Assembly (NCBI GenBank): GCA_963664815.2
Contig: CAXXHB010000002.1
Location: 640,001-704,000, forward strand
Direction: 5' to 3'
From: Spirochaetota bacterium
Lineage (GTDB): Bacteria; Spirochaetota; UBA4802; UBA5550
DNA: 64,000 nt
Below, piece after piece: positions 38,596-49,375 of the stretch. Position 1 is the first letter of the stretch. Each line of letters starts with the position of its first letter. Below the pieces are notes generated by a model that ran no database searches, was not told the origin of the DNA, and saw nothing but the letters and a program-made list of their open reading frames with translations. Position numbers and translations under genes: made by a program.

Positions 38596-38960
38596 AATTT
38601 ATAAAATATCGTATGCGTGAAAAGTATCGTAAAGCAGGATTTATTCATAAATATATATTTTCTAATTAATGAGGCTGATAAAAAAAGATTCCGGTAATAC
38701 ATTGGAGATGGCGATAAACTCCGGGCATTTCAACCATTGAGATTTTATTATGTCATGGTTATTGCAGCCGGTAAACGGGCAAAATAGGGAATTTATACTG
38801 AAAAATAGCTTTTTCGACCACACAAATATAACCGAAATTGCTATTCACAGCCGAAGCTTTCCATTATAGCATCACAGAATTAAAAACATTTCAATCAGGT
38901 ATTTCAGACATTACCGGTTATGTATGGATGATACATGACCTATAAACTCCAAATAACTTT

Positions 38961-40544
38961 TTGTTGCTTCATCTGGCCAGGAGAATATCTATGCAAAAAG
39001 AAGATTTTGAAAAAATATTTTTAAATAAATATTCCTCCGAATCCTTTCTGATCCGGAAAAAAGCACAGGCTCTTGTTTATTTCAGCATCATGATGGCATC
39101 GCTTATGATTATACTGTTCTTTATTTTTTTTAAGTTTAATCGCGGAATTCTCTTTCAGGTAAGCATGGCCATTTTCCCTATATTCCTCTTTTGTATTTTA
39201 ACCATTTTTATACTTAAGTCCGGGCATTTTAATGCTGCAGCTAATTTTATAACCGGTTTTCTCGGTCTTGCCGTTATCGCGGGATTACTGGCCAAAGTAA
39301 ACCGCGATACTTCAACAGGATATACAACATACATTTATTTTATGTTTGCAGTTCAGGTTCAGGCCATATTGTTCTGTAAGAAATTCTTTGTCTTCTCTAT
39401 TTCTATTTTATTTATCGCATCCGATGTCCTGTTTTTCATCCTTGCCGGTTCAAGACTGGATCCTGTAAGCCTTAAAGCTGCAAAAGTCGGGGTAATTGAC
39501 AGTAATTTTGCCATGATAATGGTTCTTGGAGCAGGTCTGTCTATTATGCGCATAGTAAAACAGGCTATCGAACGATCAGAAGAGGAATCAGCCAGGAACA
39601 CCGGCAGCCTTAAAAAGATTGAAGGACTTCTGAAGTCGTTAACAGTGGCATCAGAAAATCTTGCTCTGTCTTCAGAAAAACTTACAATGACAGCATCGTC
39701 ATTCTCAGAAAATACACAAAGTCAGGCTGCGTCTGCAGAAGAGATAATGGCGTCAATTGAAGAGGTTTCGGCAGGAGTAGATAACGTGGCGGCAAATTCA
39801 AAAGAGCAATACGAAAGGATGAAAGATCTGCTGAACCGCATACATACTTTATCAAGCACAATTACAGATATGGGTTCAACGATTGGCATGACTTTGAATG
39901 TTACCAGAGATATTACCGATTATGCCACAGAAGGCGAAAACTTATTAAGATCAATGGATCAGAGCATGCGCAAAATCAATACCGGTTCAAATGAAATGAC
40001 AAATATTGTAGGTATTATAAATGATATATCAGACAGGATAAACCTGCTGTCACTGAATGCAGCAATAGAAGCCGCACGTGCCGGAGATGCAGGGCGCGGT
40101 TTTGCTGTTGTCGCTGATGAAATTTCAAAGCTTGCAGATCAGACCTCATTAAGCATAAAAGAGATTGAATCTTATATAAGGCAGAACAACGGCGAAATTA
40201 TACGCGGTGGCAACATCGTTGAATCCACGATTGAAACCATAAGCAGGATCCTGGGAGGAGTTAATTCAATCAAGCAGATGATAGACGGTATTTCAGTGCA
40301 GATGGAACGACAGCACGAAATAAATCTGCAGGTTAACGCTGAAGCAGAAAGTGCTATAATCAGATCTGATGAGATGAAAATCTCCACAGAGGAACAGAAA
40401 ACAGCTGTTGCAGAAATCTCACGTTCAATTGCAAGTGTTAATATGCTGACTCAATCGAACATGGAGGAAGCTGAAAAACTTTTTGCTCATGCAAAAGATG
40501 TGTTTGAACAGACTGAAAGACTTAACAGGCAGATGGAACAGTAA
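38961..40544 (+). CDS. Methyl-accepting chemotaxis protein; start probably 38991
   Basis: TM region plus [33 protein letters not shown]. Confidence 0.95.
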   Translation: MLLHLARRISMQKEDFEKIFLNKYSSESFLIRKKAQALVYFSIMMASLMIILFFIFFKFNRGILFQVSMAIFPIFLFCILTIFILKSGHFNAAANFITGFLGLAVIAGLLAKVNRDTSTGYTTYIYFMFAVQVQAILFCKKFFVFSISILFIASDVLFFILAGSRLDPVSLKAAKVGVIDSNFAMIMVLGAGLSIMRIVKQAIERSEEESARNTGSLKKIEGLLKSLTVASENLALSSEKLTMTASSFSENTQSQAASAEEIMASIEEVSAGVDNVAANSKEQYERMKDLLNRIHTLSSTITDMGSTIGMTLNVTRDITDYATEGENLLRSMDQSMRKINTGSNEMTNIVGIINDISDRINLLSLNAAIEAARAGDAGRGFAVVADEISKLADQTSLSIKEIESYIRQNNGEIIRGGNIVESTIETISRILGGVNSIKQMIDGISVQMERQHEINLQVNAEAESAIIRSDEMKISTEEQKTAVAEISRSIASVNMLTQSNMEEAEKLFAHAKDVFEQTERLNRQMEQ

Positions 40545-40692
40545 TTTATCAGGTTATTGAGAATATACTGATATAAGCAGTTTCATACGGATTAATAAAA
40601 ACTGTACTTTACAAATTAACAGGCCGGATTTAAATCGCTTTAATTATTATTTATTATATAAAAGATGGATTAAAGGAACGGTTTAAATCATC

Positions 40693-41913
40693 ATGGCACT
40701 TCTAAAAAGTAAAACAGCAGAATGGTTCCGAATGATCTTCCGCGATTTTAAAAATGATCGCGACTTCACTCTGTTTCTTTTCGTCGGAGTTTTCACCGGT
40801 ATTGCAAGTGGTATATATTCAACAACATTCAATAATTTCCTGAGTGATGTATTTAAACTTTCAGCTGATGCAAGGGGGATTGTAGAGTTTCCAAGGGAGC
40901 TTCCGGGGATGACAATTATGTTTGTAATCGCCCTCTTCTCTTTTTTAGGGGATGTAAAGATGGCGATACTTGGTATGCTTTTTGCAGCACTTGGACTTTT
41001 CGGACTTGGCACACTGTCACACACCTTTTCCGGAGCTCTCGCATGGATAATGATTTTCAGTCTTGGAACACATATGTTTTTTCCTCTTACTCCGAGTATC
41101 GGGATGCATCTCTCCAGACAGGAACAGTATGGAATGAGGCTTGGACGATACAATGCATACAATCTTTTAGCCGCATTGATGGGTTATGCCATTGTCTGGT
41201 TTGGATTTAAATTCCTGGGGCTGACATATGGTATAGCTTTTATTATTGCATCAGTATTTTATATCATAGCAGCCTGTGTATTGGGAAGGATGAAACCTAT
41301 ACCGCCGAAAAAGTTTAAGATTAAGTTTATTTTAAAGAAAAGATACACTCTCTTTTATATTCTCAGCCTCGTCAACGGAGCGCGTAAGCAGATTTTCCTT
41401 ACATTCGCTCCATGGGTGCTTATACAGGTGTTCCATCTTACACCTCCACAGTTTGCCATTCTTGGAGTTTTCATTGCCGCTTTCAGCATCATGACCCGGA
41501 CAATTGTTGGCAATGCAATTGACAGTCTGGGGGAGAGATTTGTACTTTCAGCCGAGGCAATACTGCTCGTTGTCATCTGTTTTGGGTATGCATTCGCCGA
41601 AAATATTGCATCGACAGGTATAGCTGTTATTATACTCTCAATATGTTATATAATTGATAATTCAATGAATGCCGTTGAGATGGCAAGATCAACATATGTG
41701 CGAAAAATAGTTCATAACCCGGAAGATGTTACCTCTGTACTGGCCGCCGGTACAAGCTTTGATCATATAATCGCAATGACAATTCCATTCTTTGGCGGGC
41801 TTTTATGGGTCTCTTTAGGATATAAGGCAGTATTTCTCGCAGCGGCCTGTATAGGACTGCTTAATTTTTTTCTTTCAACAAAGATACAAATAGATACTCC
41901 GTGTAAGGAATAA
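40693..41913 (+). CDS. MFS transporter
   Basis: About 12 hydrophobic segments and EFPRELPG. Confidence 0.88.
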   Translation: MALLKSKTAEWFRMIFRDFKNDRDFTLFLFVGVFTGIASGIYSTTFNNFLSDVFKLSADARGIVEFPRELPGMTIMFVIALFSFLGDVKMAILGMLFAALGLFGLGTLSHTFSGALAWIMIFSLGTHMFFPLTPSIGMHLSRQEQYGMRLGRYNAYNLLAALMGYAIVWFGFKFLGLTYGIAFIIASVFYIIAACVLGRMKPIPPKKFKIKFILKKRYTLFYILSLVNGARKQIFLTFAPWVLIQVFHLTPPQFAILGVFIAAFSIMTRTIVGNAIDSLGERFVLSAEAILLVVICFGYAFAENIASTGIAVIILSICYIIDNSMNAVEMARSTYVRKIVHNPEDVTSVLAAGTSFDHIIAMTIPFFGGLLWVSLGYKAVFLAAACIGLLNFFLSTKIQIDTPCKE

Positions 41914-41926
41914 AAATTTACCCGTA

Positions 41927-41958
41927 CCTGCTGCTGATTATTCATTATCAGCAGCAGG
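41927..41958. terminator. Stem-loop after the MFS gene
   Basis: CCTGCTGCTGAT...ATCAGCAGCAGG, a perfect 12-bp stem. Confidence 0.6.
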
Positions 41959-42184
41959 CCGTAAAGGGCCACTTATCAGTGGTTCGACTTCATTCGTTCT
42001 GAATCAGTATATAATCTGATTTGAAAAAATGTTATAATTCCACCTTAGCAAAAGGGATTTAAAAAGCCAAAGCCAAAAAAGCTAATTAATTATACTGATA
42101 TATAGTCAGAATAATATGTCCTTAGCCAAATACCAGTTTATCAGCTAACAGAAAGATGAGAGCGACATACTGACAAGAAAAAGA

Positions 42185-42391
42185 TTATTTTGTGTTTTTA
42201 CAGAGTTGATTGTTTCCCGGATTTGCATTGGAAACTTTCTGGCAACTCCTGTAATTATTTTTACAGTTGTTTTCACCTTCATCACAGTAGCAGGATGTGT
42301 TACCTTTTATACATTTCCAGTAATCACCACCGGCGAAGGATATAGTAACAGCAAAAATGAATAAGAAAGCCAGACTGATAATTTTTTTCAT
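42185..42391 (-). CDS. Small secreted cysteine-rich peptide
   Basis: GAGG RBS, signal peptide MKKIISLAFLFIFAVTISFA and a 48-aa mature part with 6 Cys. Confidence 0.75.
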   Translation of the reverse strand: MKKIISLAFLFIFAVTISFAGGDYWKCIKGNTSCYCDEGENNCKNNYRSCQKVSNANPGNNQLCKNTK

Positions 42392-43065
42392 TTGAAACCT
42401 CTCTGTTTTAAATTTAAAATTATAATAATGCTGATTGTTTGAAATTACAAATTTTATTAAAAAAATATTCTCCCTGTAAAAATTGTCTTATCTTCCGGCT
42501 GTTTTGAATCAGCTGTTTCATCTAATCGTAAAAATCAACTATCCAAGGCCAGGATTTGAGTCCTGGCTTTATATTTCCAGTTAATTTAATACGTTTTTTT
42601 AATCATTTTCAAATATCTGTCAAATAAATTGAATGAATGTTCAGTTAAATAGGATGTAAAAGCTTCTATCCCGATGATTAAAAAATCAGTTACGCACAAA
42701 TAATGGTGATAACAGATGAGCAGGCATTGATAGATTGTTTGAAAATTTAAGTATACACAATATAAGCGCGTTTTGTCATCAGTTTTAGGCACTTTAATAC
42801 TACGAAACATTGTGTAATTTAACTTGATTATCTGGAGTATCAGTTATTTTATGAAGAGTTAATTATAGTATAGTCTTAATTTTGATAATAAATTAAGTGA
42901 AAAAGTAATAAAATAAAAATAATATTTGACATTGTATATGTTTAATTATAGATTTTTAAACCTGATGTCAAAAATATCATTACAGAAAAATACAAAGAAA
43001 ATGAGCCGCCATTAAGAGGAAACCTTATGCTAAAGCTTTTTAAAATTTAATTTTTGGGGGATTAA

Positions 43066-44937
43066 ATGGCACTTAATAAACTTGTGGATGTTAGAGATCA
43101 GAGATTTGTTCTGTTTGAAATGCTTAATCTCGATAAGCTTTCCAGGTTGGCAGCGTTTTCTGATTTTGACAGAGATACATACGAAGCCACACTTGAACTT
43201 GCTGAGCAGATCGCCGTAGGGCAGGTATACCCGGTAAATATGGAATGCGATAAAACCGGTGTTAAATATGATGCAAATTCAAAAAGCGTTAAAATTCCGG
43301 AACCGTACAAAAGTGCGATGGCTGCATTTAACGAATCAGGATTTCCCGGAATTTCCAATGAACCTGAGATCGGCGGAATGGGGATGCCTGTTACAATGAA
43401 TATCGCCTGCAATGAATTCTTCAATGCAGGATGCGTCGCGTGGAACATGTTTTCCATATTAAGCGGGGGTGCCCTGAACCTTATAAAAAATTTTTATGAA
43501 GGTTCTGACAAAGCAGTTATTTTAACTAAAATGATTGAGGGAAAATGGGGCGGTACTATGTGCCTCACGGAACCTGATGCCGGATCTGATGTTGGAGCCT
43601 TAAAGACTAAGGCTGTAAAAAATTCAGACGGAACTTATAGAATTACCGGGCAGAAAATATTTATCTCTGCCGGAGAAAATGATCTGTATGAAAATATCAT
43701 GCATCCTGTGCTTGCAAGAATTGAAGGAGATTCTTCCGGGACAAAGGGAATTTCAATTTTCCTTGTTCCCAAGTTTCTGGTTAATCCCAACGGGACTATA
43801 GGTAAAAAGAATGATGTAGTCTGTACCGGGGTAGAGCATAAAATGGGGATTCATGGTTCACCAACCTGTTCTCTCAGTTTCGGTGATAATGACGAATGCA
43901 CAGGTTATCTTATGGGAAATGAACGGGATGGGATGAAGATCATGTTTCAGATGATGAATGAAGCAAGACTTCAATGTTCCAATCAGGCACTTGCCGTCTC
44001 AAGTTCAGCTTATCTTCATGCAGTTACATATGCAAAAAACAGGAGACAGATGCCTCATGTAACAAGACTTCAGGATGCCGGGGCACCCGCAGTTCCGATT
44101 ATTGAGCACCCCGATGTTAAAAGAATGCTTCTATGGATGAAAACTCATGTGGAAGCCATGAGGATGGCAACATATTATACAAGTTATAATATTGATCTGG
44201 CCCACCACGCAGAAGGTGAGGAAGCCAGAGAGGCGGCGGCACTTGTTGATTTTCTTATACCAATATGCAAAGCGGGAAACTCCGATCTTTCGTGGGATGT
44301 TACTGCTCAGGCAATACAGGTTTATGGCGGTTACGGATACTGTTGTGACTATCCCGTTGAACAGCTTGCAAGGGATTCTAAAATACTTTCCCTTTATGAA
44401 GGAACAAATGGCATACAGTCAATAGATCTTATGACAAGAAAACTTCTGATGAACAGAAATCAGTATAACTTCAATGTTTTCAGAAAAAGGGTTATAAACA
44501 CAATAGAAGAGGCGAAGGGAGTTGTTGATTATAAATATATATCACCTCTAGTGCGGGCTCTTGATAAAATGGATGAGCTAATTGACATGCTGATGAAGAA
44601 TCTTGCTTCGGGAAGATTGATGACTATTTTTATCAGCGCAACTCCCTGTCGCGAGGCTATGACTATGCTTGCCCATGCATGGCTGCATCTCTGGAGCATG
44701 ACAATTGCAACAAAAAAGATGAGAGAGCTTGTGGGTGATATAAAAGGGGATGAGAGAGATAAGTTTATACATGAAAATAATGAGGCAGCTTACTATTCGG
44801 GAAAAGTTCTCTCGTCACAATATTTTGTCGGGGCTTATTTTCTTAATTATTTCGGAAAAGTGGAATCCATACTGTCGGAAGAGACAGCAGTAACAAAATC
44901 TTCAGATGCAATTTTCAGTGGATCACCGGCGGAGTAA
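43066..44937 (+). CDS. Acyl-CoA dehydrogenase
   Basis: GTMCLTEPDAGSD, GQKIFIS, EHKMGIHGSPTC, QVYGGYGY and YEGTNGIQ. Confidence 0.95.
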   Translation: MALNKLVDVRDQRFVLFEMLNLDKLSRLAAFSDFDRDTYEATLELAEQIAVGQVYPVNMECDKTGVKYDANSKSVKIPEPYKSAMAAFNESGFPGISNEPEIGGMGMPVTMNIACNEFFNAGCVAWNMFSILSGGALNLIKNFYEGSDKAVILTKMIEGKWGGTMCLTEPDAGSDVGALKTKAVKNSDGTYRITGQKIFISAGENDLYENIMHPVLARIEGDSSGTKGISIFLVPKFLVNPNGTIGKKNDVVCTGVEHKMGIHGSPTCSLSFGDNDECTGYLMGNERDGMKIMFQMMNEARLQCSNQALAVSSSAYLHAVTYAKNRRQMPHVTRLQDAGAPAVPIIEHPDVKRMLLWMKTHVEAMRMATYYTSYNIDLAHHAEGEEAREAAALVDFLIPICKAGNSDLSWDVTAQAIQVYGGYGYCCDYPVEQLARDSKILSLYEGTNGIQSIDLMTRKLLMNRNQYNFNVFRKRVINTIEEAKGVVDYKYISPLVRALDKMDELIDMLMKNLASGRLMTIFISATPCREAMTMLAHAWLHLWSMTIATKKMRELVGDIKGDERDKFIHENNEAAYYSGKVLSSQYFVGAYFLNYFGKVESILSEETAVTKSSDAIFSGSPAE

Positions 44938-45021
44938 TCTTATAAGGGATATGTGCCGGTTCAATAAAGAATATCAAAGAGTTAAACTCGGATTTGATAT
45001 AAAATAAAAAACTAATTTTTT

Positions 45022-46416
45022 ATGAGGAGGTTTTACATGGCGAGAGACATTCAACAGATGTATAAGGAAAAGTTAAGAACCGCAGAAGAGGCAGTAAAAA
45101 TTGTTAAGTCTGGAGACTGGATTGATTACGCGATGTTCAATGGTAAGCCTATTGCATGCGATACAGCACTGGCAGCACGGAAAGGTGAACTCAAGGACAT
45201 TAAAATTATGGGTGCCGTTACCGTTCCGCCGGTTCCTGAAACCATATTAAAAGATCCTCTAGGAGAAGTTTTTACTTTCAATGATCAGCATTTCAGCGCT
45301 CTCAGTCGTATACTTCAGGAGAAAACTGCAAATGTATTCTATCAGCCTACACTTTACGGTGAATCAGATTTGTATATGAGAGCTGCTGAGATTGACCCGA
45401 TTAAAATAGGGACAAATCTGCGTGACGTTTTCTTCTGTCAGGTTACACCGATGGATAAAGACGGTTATTTTAACTGGGGACTGCACAATTCATGCTGCTA
45501 TCTTCAGGCTACTACGGCCAAGGCGTGTATAGTTGAAGTTAACAATAAAATACCTTATGCATATGGCGGAAATATGGAGAGGATTCATATATCCCAGGTT
45601 ACATATGTTGTTGAAGGGGATAATCCCGATCTTTTTCAACTGCCAAAAGTTGAGCCTACTGAAATCGATAAAAAAATTGCCAACAATGTTCTTCAGCATT
45701 TAACTGACAATATGGTACTACAGCTTGGTATAGGTGGTATGCCGAACATTCTAGGGAAGATGATCAGTGAAACTGACCTTAAAAATCTCGGCGGATGGAC
45801 AGAAATGCTTGTTGATGCATATAAGGATATGTATGAATCGGGAAGGATGACCGGAACCAAAAAAATGTTTGATACCGGAAAAATAAACTATACTTTCGCC
45901 CTGGGGGGAAAGGAGCTTTATGACTGGATGGACCGTAACTCTGCAATTGCTTCATGTAGTGTCGGGTATGTGAATCACCCTACAACACTCTGTCAGATTG
46001 AGAATCTTGTTTCCATCAACCAGGCTCTGCAGGTTGACCTTTATGGACAGGTAAATGCAGAGAGTTCAGGTTTTAAACAGGTATCAGGAAATGGTGGTAT
46101 GTCAGATTTTGTTCTTGGAGCTTTCTGGTCAAAAGGCGGCAGAAGCTTTGTTTGTCTGCCATCCACTCACACAAAGAAGGATGGTACAGTGATTTCACGA
46201 ATTGTTCCGAATTTTGAAATAGGTTCGATTACTACATTAACACGCCAGATGATTAACTTTGTGGTTACAGAATATGGCGCAGTAAGCCTTAAAACCTGTC
46301 CGACATGGTACAGGGCAGAAAAACTGATATCTATTGCACACCCTGATTTTCGTGACGAATTGATTAAAGAAGCAGAAGCACGAAAAATCTGGAGAAGGAC
46401 AAATAAAATCGGTTAA
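45022..46416 (+). CDS. Acetyl-CoA hydrolase/transferase (butyryl-CoA:acetate CoA-transferase-like); start probably 45037
   Basis: LQLGIGGMPN, WTEML, SGNGGMSDF, VTEYG and LISIAHPDFR. Confidence 0.92.
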   Translation: MRRFYMARDIQQMYKEKLRTAEEAVKIVKSGDWIDYAMFNGKPIACDTALAARKGELKDIKIMGAVTVPPVPETILKDPLGEVFTFNDQHFSALSRILQEKTANVFYQPTLYGESDLYMRAAEIDPIKIGTNLRDVFFCQVTPMDKDGYFNWGLHNSCCYLQATTAKACIVEVNNKIPYAYGGNMERIHISQVTYVVEGDNPDLFQLPKVEPTEIDKKIANNVLQHLTDNMVLQLGIGGMPNILGKMISETDLKNLGGWTEMLVDAYKDMYESGRMTGTKKMFDTGKINYTFALGGKELYDWMDRNSAIASCSVGYVNHPTTLCQIENLVSINQALQVDLYGQVNAESSGFKQVSGNGGMSDFVLGAFWSKGGRSFVCLPSTHTKKDGTVISRIVPNFEIGSITTLTRQMINFVVTEYGAVSLKTCPTWYRAEKLISIAHPDFRDELIKEAEARKIWRRTNKIG

Positions 46417-46453
46417 TATCATCAAGATAAAATATATCTTATTATAATATTGC

Positions 46454-46484
46454 AATCCCGTATGGTATTAAACTGTACGGGATT
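46454..46484. terminator. Terminator hairpin between convergent genes
   Basis: AATCCCGTA...TACGGGATT, then TCTTT. Confidence 0.65.
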
Positions 46485-46519
46485 TCTTTATGCTTCAGAT
46501 TTGTTTAATGATTATTAAA

Positions 46520-48289
46520 TCATAAAACTTTATACCGGAGAAGTATCGGGTAACTGCTCCCTTTATCGTATCTTGCGCCGATATTAAGTGAATTTCCAGT
46601 GACTTTAATCTTTCCTTCGAAGATATTTCCGTTTGTTTTTTTTAATACATGCTGATTCTTCCCGCACGTCACAATTACTTCAATGGCCCGTGGAGCTTCT
46701 ATTTTAAATTCTACAATATTGTTTTTCTTTAAAATACCAGTCATTGGAGTAATAAGCTTAACATCGCGATTCCGATATTCACCCATCGCGAAAGGGAAAC
46801 CGCAATTTTGTTTTTTAATAATTCCATCAACAAATACTTTATAGGCTGCTATGCTTTTGTAATTTTCTTTATCTGTTTTCTTCCTGGCAAAAACTTTAAG
46901 ATTATATATTCCATCGGAAGGAAAAGTGCAGTCCACACGAAACTTATCATCAAGGCGGTGAGTAAAAGAGAACTCTTCAGTTTCAACGCCTCCGGTTTCA
47001 ATAACCGCAAGCAAGTCAACATCACCGGGTCCTGCGAGTTCAATTGAAAAATCCTTATCTGTTTTAATTCCATAATATTTATGGCTCAGTCTGTCAATTG
47101 AAAACCCGTAATTTTTAAATGAGTCGTATGTTACAACCGGGCTTGAAGTATCCTCAGATGCAGTTATGCTGCCTGATGATATTACCACTCTGTATGAAAG
47201 AATTTCAAAGTAACTTACATTAAAGCCATCAGTCGTATTTTTTTTATGAACAGAAAGAATCCTTATTTCGTAAGTACCGGCGTTTGGTATTGAGATATTG
47301 ATATTCCTTGAATTCCCGTCGGACATACAGGTTACAGGTTTGGGTTTGTTGTCCATCTCGGGCTCGTCAAACATGAAAAGATAATTCTGGATATAACGTC
47401 CGCTGCTGTCTATAAGTTCAGCGCCGATCTCTCCGCTTCCACCTTTAAAAGCGATGGTATAATTTCCTGAAGAGTTAATTACAAAATTTTTTGCGTTAAG
47501 GCTTGATTCGTCAAAACCCAGTTCAAAAAAAGATTGTCCGAGGTTTGCCATTTTTTCAAAATCAGTTAAAGTTACCGTACGGCTAAGCAGCGTCCATTTC
47601 TGTTCTTCAGGAAGATGAGTGTATATCAGAACTTCCGGCCTTGTGAGAAACCAAAAACCGGTGTTGGTTTTTACAATTTTATTGCTGTTTTTATCATAGG
47701 CACCGCTTCCCCAGGTTACATCCAGCAGCCGCCATTTCCCGTCTATCTTTATGGAATTCCAGGCGTGGTCTGATTCTTCAAATTTCTGCCCGGGTCTGTA
47801 ACCGTAACCCTTGGAATAGCCGCATACAATAGCAGCATCAAGTTTCATTTTTACGGCAATTGCGTAGAATAGATTGGCATATCCCTGGCAGACACCGGTT
47901 CTTTTTTTAAGAATCTCTACTGCAGACTGGTCAGGGATCTTTCTCGCTTTTAGGGAGTCCATGTCATATGTAATCCTGTCGGCAATCCATATGTAAATGG
48001 CACGCGCTTTTTCCCTGTCGGATGAACCGCTTTTTGAAAGGTACAGGCTTAGTGATTCGATTGAATATTCATCTTTTGATGATGCAGATAAAGCGTAATG
48101 ATCAACTTTTGAGTAGTTGAAAGCGGTATCGGTTTTGTAATCCTCTTCGGAGGGTATTGCAATTTTTATTGGAGACTTTGCTTTTCCATTTTCTCCGTTT
48201 GACGGGATGCAGATGATCATAAAAAAAACAACCGTGAAGTATGTTAACAGGATTTTACATCTGATGATTTTTCTGACTGTTTTTTTCAT
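46520..48289 (-). CDS. Secreted transglutaminase-like cysteine protease (KY/CYK3-like) with C-terminal beta-sandwich repeats
   Basis: KARAIYIWI, GVCQGYA, HAWN and LLDVTWG form a Cys-His-Asp triad; N-terminal signal/TM segment. Confidence 0.85.
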   Translation of the reverse strand: MKKTVRKIIRCKILLTYFTVVFFMIICIPSNGENGKAKSPIKIAIPSEEDYKTDTAFNYSKVDHYALSASSKDEYSIESLSLYLSKSGSSDREKARAIYIWIADRITYDMDSLKARKIPDQSAVEILKKRTGVCQGYANLFYAIAVKMKLDAAIVCGYSKGYGYRPGQKFEESDHAWNSIKIDGKWRLLDVTWGSGAYDKNSNKIVKTNTGFWFLTRPEVLIYTHLPEEQKWTLLSRTVTLTDFEKMANLGQSFFELGFDESSLNAKNFVINSSGNYTIAFKGGSGEIGAELIDSSGRYIQNYLFMFDEPEMDNKPKPVTCMSDGNSRNINISIPNAGTYEIRILSVHKKNTTDGFNVSYFEILSYRVVISSGSITASEDTSSPVVTYDSFKNYGFSIDRLSHKYYGIKTDKDFSIELAGPGDVDLLAVIETGGVETEEFSFTHRLDDKFRVDCTFPSDGIYNLKVFARKKTDKENYKSIAAYKVFVDGIIKKQNCGFPFAMGEYRNRDVKLITPMTGILKKNNIVEFKIEAPRAIEVIVTCGKNQHVLKKTNGNIFEGKIKVTGNSLNIGARYDKGSSYPILLRYKVL

Positions 48290-48584
48290 TAAACTCCTCT
48301 GATAACATAATCTTTTTTTGACAGGTAATTTTTTATTATAATATAATTTCTAAATAGATATGTCACTACTTTTTGTACCAGGTTCTTTGTGGAAATTGAG
48401 TTTCTCAAGTAATTAATTCTTAATATACTTAATTATTGAATTTAAAATTTTTATTATATGAGGATACTTCTTTTATTTTTATAGTAAAGAAAGATACTTG
48501 ATATTTTTGTTATAATAAGATTATAAAACGTCAGAAGGAGATCTATCCTGAATTTTAAAAAGGAAAACTGATGTATAATAAACC

Positions 48585-48995
48585 ATGGAAAGAAAAGATA
48601 TTCTTGTTTTATATAATGAGTTGAAAAAAAGTCTGAGAGGAGAATGGATTATTTTAGGAGGGGGTCTTCTTCATATTCTTGGAATAAGCGAACGGGAAAC
48701 TATAGACCTTGATCTTGTACCGGCTGGTGAAGTGACAAATTCCGATCAGCTTCAAATAATGGATATTGCCGAGAAAAATGGTTTTCCGCCTGAGGTTATA
48801 AATTTCTCAGCGGAGTTCTTTTTTAAGAAGCAGCATAACTGGAGAAACGAGCTGGTTTTGATTTTTGATAATGAAAATGTAAAGATCTATCGTCCTACTG
48901 CCAGGCTGTTCAGAATTTTAAAAGAACAGAGAGGTACTGAGACTGATTTTGCAGATATTAAGATATTCGAAAAAAATGTAACGGATTCAAATTAA
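48585..48995 (+). CDS. Small nucleotidyltransferase-fold protein (DUF6036/AbiEii-like)
   Basis: IILGGGLL...RETIDLD matches the Pol-beta superfamily GG...R.T.DxD signature. Confidence 0.7.
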   Translation: MERKDILVLYNELKKSLRGEWIILGGGLLHILGISERETIDLDLVPAGEVTNSDQLQIMDIAEKNGFPPEVINFSAEFFFKKQHNWRNELVLIFDNENVKIYRPTARLFRILKEQRGTETDFADIKIFEKNVTDSN

Positions 48996-49375
48996 TGGCA
49001 GAAAGAGATAACATGCCTGACTGGTCCATATTAATAAAGTTCGGACTTCCGGTTAACAGCAGGGATTCAGAAAATACAGTTCCGGATTATGATAAAGTTG
49101 AGAAAAATTTAATTCTTGCATCGCAATACCTCATGGGTAAAAAACGGGATGAGAATAATGGAAGATATTATGATTCGTTTAAAGCTCTTCTGATTGCACT
49201 TAAAATTCATTTTCCTTCCGAGTTTAAAAGAATTGAGAAAATAGCTGGTATAGATTTTAACGAAGCATTTGAACTGTATAATATTACAGGGAGGGATATT
49301 AAGCTGAGAAACATTTCACTAAGCCTGATAAGCAGTTATTACAGAAATCAATTAAAAGTTTTATCAGCAGAATAG
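48995..49375 (+). CDS. Hypothetical helical protein coupled to the nucleotidyltransferase
   Basis: TAATG overlap with the upstream gene; 126 aa. Confidence 0.65.
   Translation: MAERDNMPDWSILIKFGLPVNSRDSENTVPDYDKVEKNLILASQYLMGKKRDENNGRYYDSFKALLIALKIHFPSEFKRIEKIAGIDFNEAFELYNITGRDIKLRNISLSLISSYYRNQLKVLSAE

Noticed and set aside
37729-42391. Radical SAM/SPASM enzyme and the Cys-rich peptide as a RiPP (sactipeptide/ranthipeptide) cluster
   Set aside because: They are 3.6 kb apart with unrelated genes in between, the peptide has a Sec signal rather than a RiPP leader, and the enzyme is short with no evident RRE domain.
42586-42810. 74-aa ORF in an AT-rich gap
   Set aside because: No RBS or recognisable motif; probably spurious.
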